Part shown: positions 23,801 to 35,800 of the stretch, piece by piece | Numbering within the stretch: position 1 is the first letter of the stretch | How the letters are laid out: every line of letters begins with the position of its first letter | Assembly: GCA_002633005.1 (NCBI GenBank) | Contig: NMRA01000001.1 | Coordinates: forward strand, 2,148,933-2,212,932 | Reading direction: 5' to 3' | DNA length: 64,000 bases | Source: Phoronis australis | Taxonomy: Eukaryota > Animalia > Phoronida | The notes under the pieces: generated by a model | Database searches by the model: none | What the model was told of the DNA's origin: nothing | Seen by the model: only the letters and a program-made list of their open reading frames with translations | Translations under genes and position numbers: made by a program

Positions 23801-26800
23801 TATTCCAATTAACTTTTACTGCAAAAATATTTCTATCATTCAAGCCTATTTATATGTGGACTCACATCATCTGGAAAATTTTCTTCTTTTTTGTCAGTGC
23901 TGGGTCATAATCCAAGCCCTGGTGTATATCTTAAACTTCCTCTTTGTACCCCACTTTCTCTTTGTAACGTGTGTGTCGCTTTGGGGTTTGCATCCACTGG
24001 TAGCAGAATGACTGTATGCTCTTCCTCACCCATTGGTGCCTATCACGCGTGATTAGCAAGAATATTAAGTATTTTGCACGTTACTTAATTTTAAACTAAT
24101 TACTTGTAAAATGGTAGATAACATCCCTTTGTAACCACTCGTTTTAAGTGTCTAATATCAGCCTTCTGATTAAACATGCTAGATATCTTCTCGGAAAAAT
24201 TCCGCTTCTGAACGTCTTGGTGTGAGACTATTGGTGAATGTCAGGTGCTTGAGTTGTCTGGAGCAAAAATAGTCAAAATGAGTTGCAGTATAATTCATAA
24301 CAAAGTCCTGTGAGGGCACTAGCCTTGAGTTCGCAGGGGGGGGGGGAGTATGATGCAATAAGGAAGCTCTGTTTTATGAAAAATTTCAAGAAAAATAAAC
24401 ACTCGTTAAGAAAACTTGACCTCATTATTTGCACGGTTTAAATTGTACAGGTGTCAGCATCAAACACATGATGAAAATGTGGACATTTCAACCATGCATT
24501 CAGCTTTTGAAAACTGGAAAAATGACAATTTTTACAAATATTTTTGTTTGAATTTGAGGAAACTTATGTTTTCTCTTTCACTGTTTTTTTTTCAGATTAT
24601 CGCCACTATGAGGAGGGTACAGTCAGTGGAATTGTCAATGAGGATGGACTGTTTGAGGGAACAATTTACACGTCACAAGATATATACAGTGTGGAGCGCT
24701 CCGATCAGTTCTTCAACGCAACAGTACTATTCCACTCAATCATCTTTAAATTCTCAGATTTAAGCATGGGGTCTTGGTGGTCTAAAAATGTACACGAAGC
24801 TCACAATATTCATGAAAGACTGTGGAAAACACAGATGCAGTACAATGACTCAATGGGCTTACTGGATGATAATGATGTTAAGAGCCGTGAAAAGCGTTCA
24901 GTTTATGATTCGCAGTATGTTACTTGTCAGGTTGATATACACATTGATCATTTGTTCTACTCTGCTCATGGAAAAAGCAACGAAAAAGTGCTCAACCTCA
25001 TAAAACGTTACATGCTAACCTTGAATATGGTGTTCAAAGAAATTGGTAAGTCTGATATTTTCGTCATTCTGTTGTTGTTAATTAAGGACAATTCTGTTGT
25101 CAGACGTGCTTAAAGGCCAAAAATATCATTGACTGTTGTTTGATTGTAATGTCTATAATAATGATCTTTAGAAATTAACTGTGGTATGAGTTGCCTGCAA
25201 TTATAAAATGCCTTCAAGTTGGAAAGATCACAACGTATAGGTAAGGTCATAAGTGAATAGAATATTCTCAAGACTGGTATCCAATGTATGGAGATAGCTA
25301 ATGTAACATTTGTGCTAATAATACAATCAAATGATAATGATAATAATGATAAATGTAAACAATATTCAAATAATGTCTCATTTTGCAATTTTCTCTGTTA
25401 AACTATGATTACATAAATTAAAATGCACGTTTTTGTTTTCCAAATAGCTTTTTATGCAAGAAAGTAGTTATTAATTATATTGAAGTCCATTAAGAAAGCA
25501 ACCTACTAAAGTTTTCTTTAATACTGGTTGATAATCTGCCATTGTGAATTTTGATGTTACTAATTGTTCGTGCTTACGGTTGATCGTTCCAGATTTTGAT
25601 CTTGACAAAGAAAGAGATGGGGTTAACTTTTTGGTGCGACGGGTCGAAATCTTCTCAAACCCAAACCAAAAAAGTTATCAGTATAGGCGCAATTTTGGAG
25701 TGGAGAGCTTGCTAGACAAATTCTCTAGTCTCAACAATTTTGATGATACTTGCCTAGGTTACCTGTTTACGCACAGGGACTTTGAAGGGGGCACTCTAGG
25801 CTTAGCCTGGTTGGGCAGTCCTAGTTCAGCTGTGGGCGGAGCCTGTTCAAGGAACATGGTAAGTATTAAGATCACTGTCAATGCATGTGTCACATTGTAA
25901 ACATGTGATTCCCATGTATCATAGGGGATGCAATGAAATTGCCAGCCTGTTTCTAAGCCGGTAGCTAGGCAGAAGAAATTGGGGATTTTAGCAAAAACGA
26001 AGTGTCTACATTACAAATAACAGCATATTATGTTGCATGCCATATTGTTGATTTATAGTTGTGACACATGGATTTTTAGAAAATATTAACTCTTTTTTCT
26101 GTTTTGTGGAGTTGTTCAATATGGGCAGACTCTGAAAACATGACGAGGGCTCATTATCAGATAAGATGGTCTACAGATGAATATGTAAATCTTGAACCGG
26201 CTTGGAAATATAGAAAGCAAACATTTTTAAGCCTGGTTTTTTCATGCCACCTGTTGTAACCTAATGAACACGAGTCTGAAAATATTTTTACCAGCACCAG
26301 GACTCGAACGTGGGACCTTCTGCTAACAGTGCAGACCCTTAATAGTCCACTGGCGGGGCCAAAGAGACCACTCAAGGTCGAACACAGAAATGCAATCATT
26401 CCACGCTGGTTCAAGATTAACATATTTACATACACTCATGACTTTATGGGCGGGGGATGCCCTCCGAGTCTGATTGGCTTTCTGTGTTCGACCAGTGGTC
26501 CTTATGGCTCTGTAGCTAGACTAGAGGGTCTGCACGGTTTGTAGAATGTCCCAGGTTCGAGTCCTGGATAGAAATCTTTTCAATAGGTCACGTCATCAGT
26601 GATAAGTGGCCAACAGGTAGGGTGTGCAGACCAGGCTTAAAAATGTTTGCGCTGAAGTAATCTGCCTTAAAAGTCATACCTTCTGTCAATGAAAACTTGC
26701 TCTGCTATGCAAAATTTATGGCAAAATGAGTCTGATATAATGTGCCCGTATTTTGAGAACCAGTTTGATGCCAGTTATTCAGTGGAGAAAACTGGTTCTC

Positions 26801-29800
26801 AAAATTCGGGAACGTTATATCAGACCATTACCAAATTTCGGATGACGATTACTTTACAAGCAGGCACAGTAAGGGAACAATTTTCATCGTCAATTGCTAA
26901 TAATAATGTTTGCTTGGGGCAACATGCATATTGTGGTGGGGTGATTTTAAAGACCAGCTTCTGTTAAAACAGGAGCATGTGACATATACTCCAGGCACTG
27001 TATGGTAACAAATGCTTTATCAGAGCCTTGTCCTTTGGTAACTAATGCCTGCTTGTAAATAGGTAATTTTCTGGGCATAAACACAGGCAAACATTGATCA
27101 CTGCAGACACACCACATTACCACACACTTTGTGTTTTCATTGTAATAAACCTAATTTGGTGGAAATAGCTACAGGTGCAGTACTTTCTAACAGAATAGGC
27201 TTGACTTGCTGCCTTGCTGGGGGAATTAGCACCTGGACTAGCATAGTCTTGGTATAGTAAGGTGTCTGTAAATCATAACGCTTAATCGTCGTGAGAGACC
27301 GTCCCGAGTTGGTATGTGGTGCAACTCGGGACGGTCTGGGGTCTACAGAAAACCATAGATCAACTGTGAGTCTACACCAATGTGATAAACGAGAGTAGTT
27401 TTACTTGCTACGTCAGCTGCTGGTATGCTTGTCTCTTTTATGACACACAATGTGCGACTGGGCAAAGCGTTTTCAAAATAATGTGGATAAATCAGTGGAG
27501 TGTGAAATCCCTGAGGTCCCTGTCAAGTCCTCACGGCAATTTTACGTTATGTGGTCATGACATGTTAGTTAGAAAATTGTTTTTCACTCGCCGTGATTTT
27601 GACGAAACATTCCAGGTTATCCGTAGTGCGAAAAAGAGTCTGAATACCGGTTTGGTATCCACATTGAACTTTGGGAACAGTGTACCATTCATTGCTTCCC
27701 AGTACACCTTGGTACATGAAGTCGGGCACAATATGGGGGCACCAGTAAGTAGACTCAGTTATGATCAAGCTATGAAATCTACAGTCAGTTGAACTGTGGT
27801 ACAAATAATCTTTTTTATTTCGTTTTTCTTAATCATAATGATTGCACAAGTCCAATTCCAACTCATACCATCTGATTTAGTTTTGGCAACCTTTAGTTTA
27901 AAGTCTTTTCTCAGGACCATATGAGAAAACGCTATTCAGATGTACCGGTATCATGCGCCTTGGATTGAGAAATCACTGAGTTATACTTTTTGGAGCAGAA
28001 GTGGAAGAGAGATGACCAAATTTACCTTGGGAGAAGGGTATTAGGTTTAGATGACCAGACAACCAACAGAGCTCACCACATAGTGGATGTGGACACCACC
28101 TGCAGATAGCACGGTATCCCCACTTTGTTTTCTAATAATTTCGATAAAGGCCGATTCAAATGAATGCTTTTCCACTTTGAATTTTGCACAGTGCTAACAC
28201 TTTGAAAAATTTTGAACACCGGCAATTATGTTGACCTTGAAAATTGACAACAGCTAGGCAGTTTTGTCAATTATTTTTGTCGTGAGATTTTACCGTAACT
28301 TGAATGTAATGCAAAGTGTCTGCAGGTGTTGGTTGACCTTACTTGCATGACTGGCTCATCTCAGAATTACAGTGCATTGAAGGTTTAACAATTTGAAAAC
28401 TTAAAGTTGCCTCTCTCCCTGTTTTGTAGCTGCCAGTGACAGTCATATATAGATACCCAACTGAAGCGTTTTGGGTTTAAAAACATTACCATGGTTTGAT
28501 TACTGATCTTGACTTATTGCCGAATGGCGATGTGTACGTGCACCGATTTCCAAATCCACAATTTGAGTGTTGACCAAAAAATAGAATCCTGTCATGGGAT
28601 CAATTTTATGAGAGTAAAAGGCCAAATTCCACTTTCGTTTTAAATACCTAAATTGGGGCGAAATGAAGCTTCAAAGATTTTTATCATATCAGTGAGCTGT
28701 TCGCCATGGTTTCAACTCAATATCAAAGTTGCCATGTTTATAATCCTCACACCTTAAACTGTGAAGTGTAATACAACCTGTGGCACTTTGTTAGTAAAGC
28801 AGTTTTACTGTCTGGTTTGTCCTAGCATCATATTTTAATACCTCACAGGTAATAAAAATGCATATGGAGAATTTCTCCCTTACACTGGTCACCACTCCCA
28901 TTCGATCGCTAAGCCCCAGACAACTTTTATGATGCCTATTCAGCTCGCCCTTTGTATTGATGTAGATCTGAGCTAATGAAGTGGAAGGTAATAGCTAACA
29001 CTACTTTCTTAACAATGGTGGTCTTTATTACACCCAAATTCTTTTCTCTGGCATTTGCACAAAGTTAAAGCCTGCAATGTAGANCGAATGGCGATGTGTA
29101 CGTGCACCGATTTCCAAATCCACAATTTGAGTGTTGACCAAAAAATAGAATCCTGTCATGGGATCAATTTTATGAGAGTAAAAGGCCAAATTCCACTTTC
29201 GTTTTAAATACCTAAATTGGGGCGAAATGAAGCTTCAAAGATTTTTATCATATCAGTGAGCTGTTCGCCATGGTTTCAACTCAATATCAAAGTTGCCATG
29301 TTTATAATCCTCACACCTTAAACTGTGAAGTGTAATACAACCTGTGGCACTTTGTTAGTAAAGCAGTTTTACTGTCTGGTTTGTCCTAGCATCATATTTT
29401 AATATGTCACAGGTAATAAAAATGTATATGGAGAATTTCTCCCTTACACTGGTCACCACTCCCAATCCCTAAGCCCCAGACAACTTTTATGATGCCTATT
29501 CAGCTCGCCCTTTGTATTGATGTAGATCTGAGCTAATGAAGTGGAAGGTAATAGCTAACACTACTTTCTTAACAATGGTGGTCATTATTACACCCAAATT
29601 GTTTTCTCTGGCATTTGCACAAAGTTAAAGCCTGCAATGTAGAGACCAGTTTTAACTTGGTACATTATTTTAAATATTAGAAAATTTTAATTTGCGTTGA
29701 TCTTGACAAAGGGCCACTTCCCAAAGGAATGTTGGTTTTAAATATGTTTCATACCTGTTTTCATTACTTTAATTTAATACTTCTGTCTACTTGTTTTTTA

Positions 29801-32800
29801 TTCTTACGGGTTAGGGTTGCTATCTTTTTATTTTGTGTTTAAACGAAGTATTAAAACAACTTAGAAGTTAGTTAATTGTGAACCCATCCCTGAATTTTCC
29901 AGATTACAGCTACACCAATCATGTCACAGCACACAAAACTACACGTGTCATTAGTTCAAGTTCAATTTTTATTAAAACTCAAATCATAGAATATATGCAA
30001 AAGTGCAAATATGGTGATAGCCAAACTGAAGATTTGGAACCTCTGGACAATTTTGGTTGCAGTAACTATAGCTATTCTAGCTTTTTCTCAGTAATAAAAG
30101 ATGAAATCACAGCTCTAACCCACCGACCAACCTCATTCACTGCTTGCACTCTCTCGTTGAATACAAAGCTAGCTATCTTAGTTGTCTTCACAGGTGTTCC
30201 ATTACGAACTACAAGCTAACTATCGAAATTGGCGCATTTCTGCAAATAGCAATTTTCCGGTTAGTGTACTCTTGACTCCTGGAGTAAAGTAGTTCGGCAT
30301 GCACTGGGCCATAAGCGATGGTTTAGAAATTATTGACATCTAATTTAGTCACTATGTGTTGTTCATAGATGTTTCAATGTATCTTAGTTGTATAATAAAA
30401 GAATAATCCATATGATATTATTAACTCTGATCAGCGTTTGTAAATCACCGAATATATCAATACACACAGTCGTTTATCTTCAATCATACCCAATACTTAT
30501 AGTTTTTAGCTTAATAGTTTATCGGTTTTTAAAAATCGAAAACCAATCTTGGTTGTTTTTTCCATCTGAATACAGCTGTGGTATTTGTTTTTAACGAAAA
30601 CTGTTGGTTAATGCATTTTGAAAATTCGCCAGTATGTACTGGCATAGGTGTTTACCTACAGTTTATGGTCGGGTAATTACACTTAATTGGATCTTGCTTG
30701 CACTGGACAACTGAGTCTGACTCTTTGATCCTGGTAAAAGCCACTCTGAAGGGCGAGCGGTGAAAAGTCACACATATCTGTAGAAATGCGTGACTTTCGT
30801 GTAAGCGTATTATTCACGGCATGGATGTTAAGTACTCTAGAAAAATGTTCGCTATTTGACCAACTTCGGAATGTCCTGTTTCAGAAATGTGTGAAACTTT
30901 CAAATAACATGCTTTATACAATATTTTGTAATACATATTATTGTCTTTTTAAATGTTTGACTTTTGTATGACAGGCTATGAAAAAAAATTGTAACTTATA
31001 GTTTTCTTAAAAAAATCAATTTTAAAGTGGCACGAAATAAAAGCCAAATAATTTAGAAAACTATTACAACATTTTGATATTCCATCTAGAATTTTATATC
31101 AGACGAAATTTGGTCATATTATTGATAACGCTTTTTTGCTATAAATGTACCATGATTTTTTTGTTAAATTTTAATAAATACACCTGGTCATGTGACCCAA
31201 ACAATGGCATTCAGATTAGCATATTGTCAGTTAACATTTCTGATTCTGATAAAATATAAAATAACCGCAGGCGGTCTGATACACGTTGTACCAGACGTGC
31301 GCAGGCCTCGTATGTGGGCCCATTGCACTGATCACCTGGAAATATTTTTATGCTTTATTATATCGTTAAAACCGAGCTGAGGAGCTAGAAACCTGGCTCA
31401 AGGGTTTAGCAGTGTGACCTGATGGGACTCGGAACCCATGACCTCGAGTAAAGAAAGCGGGCACTTATCAACCAGGTCACATTGCCTCCTCTCTGATTCT
31501 GATAGTATGGTGTCAAAAATTCTGCAGGCTTTCTAAATACAGAAAATAATATTTACTTGTACTGAGTTGAGATCTGATCTCATGGGATATTTGAACATTT
31601 CAGCATGACGATCAGAACAAGGATTCAACTTGTGTCCCTGGTGGCAAAAAAGGCAACTTCATCATGTACTCACGAGCCAACACTGGAAGCCAAAAAAACA
31701 ACAATAAGTTTTCACACTGCAGTATTTCATCTATGCATGCTTTTATGTCTAAGAAAGCAAGAACCGAAGCAGGTTGTATGACAAGTGAGTTCCTCATTAG
31801 TTTCTACACATGAGTTCTCTTCCTACTCACTTAAGTCACAAAAACAAACCATATATTAATACTTTTCAGCAAACTGCCATATTTGCCAGGGAAGTCTAGC
31901 TGGCAAACATGCTAGTGTTTTGGCCAGTTGTGAAGGTGGGGTATCTGCGATTCAAATGTCTATAGTGTACTTGTTACAGCGCTGACTGCCGGTATGTGTG
32001 GTAATGGTGTGGTGGAAGCTAACGAAGAGTGTGACTGTGGATGGGATGACATCTGTAAAGAATCGTGCTGTGAGCCGATGACTAAGGCCAATCCAGAGAA
32101 AGGTTGCAAACTCAAAGCAAATGCGCAGTGTAGGTAAGTCAGTAGCGATGAATGGTGATATTGAAGCCACTTGAAACTAATATATCTAACATTTAACTTA
32201 AACCACTTACCTTGATGGACCTTAGTTGTTCCTCCAATAAAGGAATGACTTTTGATGTTGACCACTTTCAACATTATGAATTTGGTCTCCATTGTTCCTT
32301 ATCCAAAGTGGAGATTATTTCAAGGCAATAACTGAGTGAGGAACTACTTGAGATCAATTTTTGTAGCAATCAGTGGCAGCTGAATCAAAAGATCGCTTCT
32401 TGAATGGAACAAGGGTGTTAATAGCCATTTTGAATTACAATTAGCTTGGTACAGGGGCCCGATGCTGTCACTCCCATGTGTAAGTTCAGCACTTATTTTT
32501 AAAAATTTTCTGAACATTAGGTAGCTCTTACGCTAACGGGATTTGCACGTGAGTAGATAAGAAAGTTTTGTACTAGCTGTGCACCACAGAATACATTCAG
32601 CAAATTCCTCGGCAAAGGCTTGAAAGCGCAGTCATAGATTGAGGTGAGCTAGTCACTTCATAGGCTTGGTCGAATGTATATTGGAAGAGATAATTACACT
32701 CCTAACCAACGCACCTGCTTAGCACGCACCAGTTTCAAAGTCAAAAAACGAACAATAAGGCAAAGGACCATCACGACTGTTTTTCAAAATTGAAAAGTAA

Positions 32801-35800
32801 GCGTTAGCCATCTTCGCATTATAAGATAATTTTCTTCAGAGGAGTGACTAAAGCCACACGCATTAATTTGTGAATAACGTTAGTCACAGTCTGGCTTAAA
32901 CTCCCAAAGGTGTTGGGTCTCTCCTGGGCCAACAACTTCTACTACGACAAGTGCCTGCCATTTGGCTGTGCCTCCANTTTTGTTTTCATGTTCTGTACTT
33001 TTCCTTTAAGCCCTTCAGGCAGTTTTTTTGTTTTGTTCCCTCTTGCAGGGCTATTCATTGTACACGCCGGTGGGCGTTTTTTGCATGCCCATCTTGCAGA
33101 GTCTTAGTTAGTTTTATCTATTACGTCATAATAAATGACAATATTCACAATCCTCCTCTTGTTTTACTCTGCAACATAGCTCGTGGCGTACCCCGGGCAA
33201 AATAGATTACGATAAATGTTAGAGTAGGAGTTGCCTCATGGTAACAATTAATAGCTTTGTCTAGATCCTCTATCATGGAAAGCTCTACAGCTGTTCTTTT
33301 GAAGAAGTAAAAGGCAAAGCATTATATACTCATCAACATTCAAGCTTGGCAAAATGATCTGCAGACTGTGTTTATGAGTGGGTGTATTGTGTTGTTTGGA
33401 TAGCCTGCACAGATGACTTCTTATCACCTCTTGCTTAGCAGGAGAAACAACCACATCCCTTCACTGGGAGACCAACCAATGATTTAATTTTCTAGTATCT
33501 ATCATTGAACAGTGATAATATAATTGGCAAAACTTTAGTTTTCTATGTCATTGTTTTCAGTCCATCTGTGGGACCTTGCTGCAATGAACAATGCCGTTTT
33601 GCTTCCAATGGCACTGAATGTATGGCAGCCACAACTTGTTCAACTAATGCTGTCTGCACATATCCTTTCTTAAGTTATAGATATCTGTGTGAAGATTTCT
33701 TTCATTGGAATTATGCTTTCAATTCTTACTTTCGTATTAAAACTGATTCCTATTACTTTAGACACAGACACTTTTTAACCAATAATTTTCATCATTATTC
33801 ACTTACAAACAGTTCTGACCTCTGTATGTTAACTTCCCATATTTTAAGTGCACGCTCACATGTGTGCGTGGCGACTTCATTATGTCCTGGTATTTTTACC
33901 AGATCACCAAACAAAATCTGAGGCGAGCCCCGACTGATAGTGGATCATCAATGATTAGAATTTTAGTATTATCTTGCTCATTAGCTTCTTAAAACGTAGG
34001 CCTCTAAACACTTCATATTTTTGGACTTTCTCTTACTTTTTTCCAAATTCCTACCTTTTCCTTCTATTTTGTTAGAATTGTAGATGAGAAAATTTCTTGA
34101 CTGAATCTGACAACTAAGAAGTGTCTAGTAATCAGAATTAAAATAAAATGCAATAACCATGGTAACTGTATCAGTTTTCACACTGCTGAATTGCACAGTG
34201 GTGGCTCAATGACACTAAAAACTGTGATATTCCAAGTGAGGCAGCTCAAAATAAGCGTGTCAAATCTGGTCATGTGTTTATCCCTGACCTTGTCAGTGAA
34301 ATAAAAATTGTGATTGCTCGGAATCATTTGGATAAGTTTTGGTTTATAGAAGAGTAGTCTCCATTTTATGAATACTATCAGTCAAATTTTCATTCACTTA
34401 GTTCTTCATGTATATTTGCATTGACATTTCTTTCCAGGGGCCATAATTCAATAGATGTTTGTGTACATATCAATTTTGCAAATTCAGAGCTTGGTGAGGT
34501 AGTTGAATTCTGCAACTTTGTCGTGGTTTGGGATAAATGAGCTAATACATGTTTAAAAATACATGTGATGACATACCCTTACTTGACCATCCAACTCAGC
34601 TGAAGGTGATGGAGGCTCAAGAGGTTTTTGAATTCTGTATTTTCAGTTGAATTTTCTTAGTTAAAATTTGGAACAAATCATTTTGAGATTGCTATTTTCT
34701 TTTTTCCTTCTGCACATCTTAGGTACCACAGAAGGACTATGGCTGTAAAAATTCTTCAGTTTGGAACACAACATGTGAAACTTGATTTTGTTAAATTTGT
34801 CAACAACATTAATTTTTTAGGCAATTTTACTTTGCTTTTAGAGTGACACGCCCCTTTCAAGTTTCACTGCAATCTTTAGGGTATTACTAAGATCACTCTG
34901 ATAGGTGATGGTGTACATGAGTCATGTTGCTTCATTGTGTTGCTCAGGTAGGTTACCATGACAACAGAGGCTGACACATATCAACCAAGGAACAGCAGTT
35001 GCAGTTTGCATTATTTCTCTTTTCTTCTGTTGTATTTAATGATTTTTGCAGTTTAAACACTTAAAAGTTCAATTTTCAATAATGGATTTATTTTTTATTG
35101 TCTTCAGTGTCTAAAATCTAGTCGCTATTCATGGGCTTGGTGTATTGGATGGATAGTTGCTGCCGTAAACAAACGTGCCTGTTTAATGTACAAGTTTTAA
35201 AGTAAAAAATTAATAAGTAAGGCAATTGAGCAAAATTGAAAAGTATATTTTACCCATCTTTGAAGTTTCAAAATCGATGCAGTAAGAGAAATTAGCGAGT
35301 TACCCAAGGATTCTTTTCAAGTGGGCATTGGGGTAACAAATCCCCAAATGTTAGCGTAGAAGTGGCCTCATGTGAAATGAGATATAGGACGTCATTAATG
35401 TGTTGCACAAACCTTAACTCACTCTTAATGGTGCCAATTCAACATGCCCTGCAACAGTAAGCAGAAATGAGAATAAAGTGTGTAATGACTCGTGGACAGG
35501 CAAACAAAAAGCCTGCAAAAAAGGGGTAAGTATATGGAGGAAGAGACGGAGCCTCCTGGTCGTCACGGAAACTTTCTGATAATAAGCAGTGATATCAGAG
35601 CATTGGTCTTGGTGCTTTCAGGTAATGATAGTTGTTGTAGCCCATTGTGTTTATGTTAAACGACAGCAAAAAAGAAGCAGAAAGCTTTCTGCCACGGCTA
35701 TGGTGTCTAACAAAAATTGAATTGCCAGTGGAATGCGTGCGTATTAAACACACAACTCAATTTGAGAGAAAATTATTCCAGTTGATGATGTCAGGTATTG

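Noticed and set aside
26290-26575. Functional tRNA genes
   Set aside because: Acceptor and D stems do not pair into a convincing cloverleaf, and the modules sit inside a fold-back repeat.
33660-33921. C-terminal extension of ORF 33505-33921 (YPFLSYRY...)
   Set aside because: Read-through into the U12 intron; disintegrin similarity resumes at 35429.
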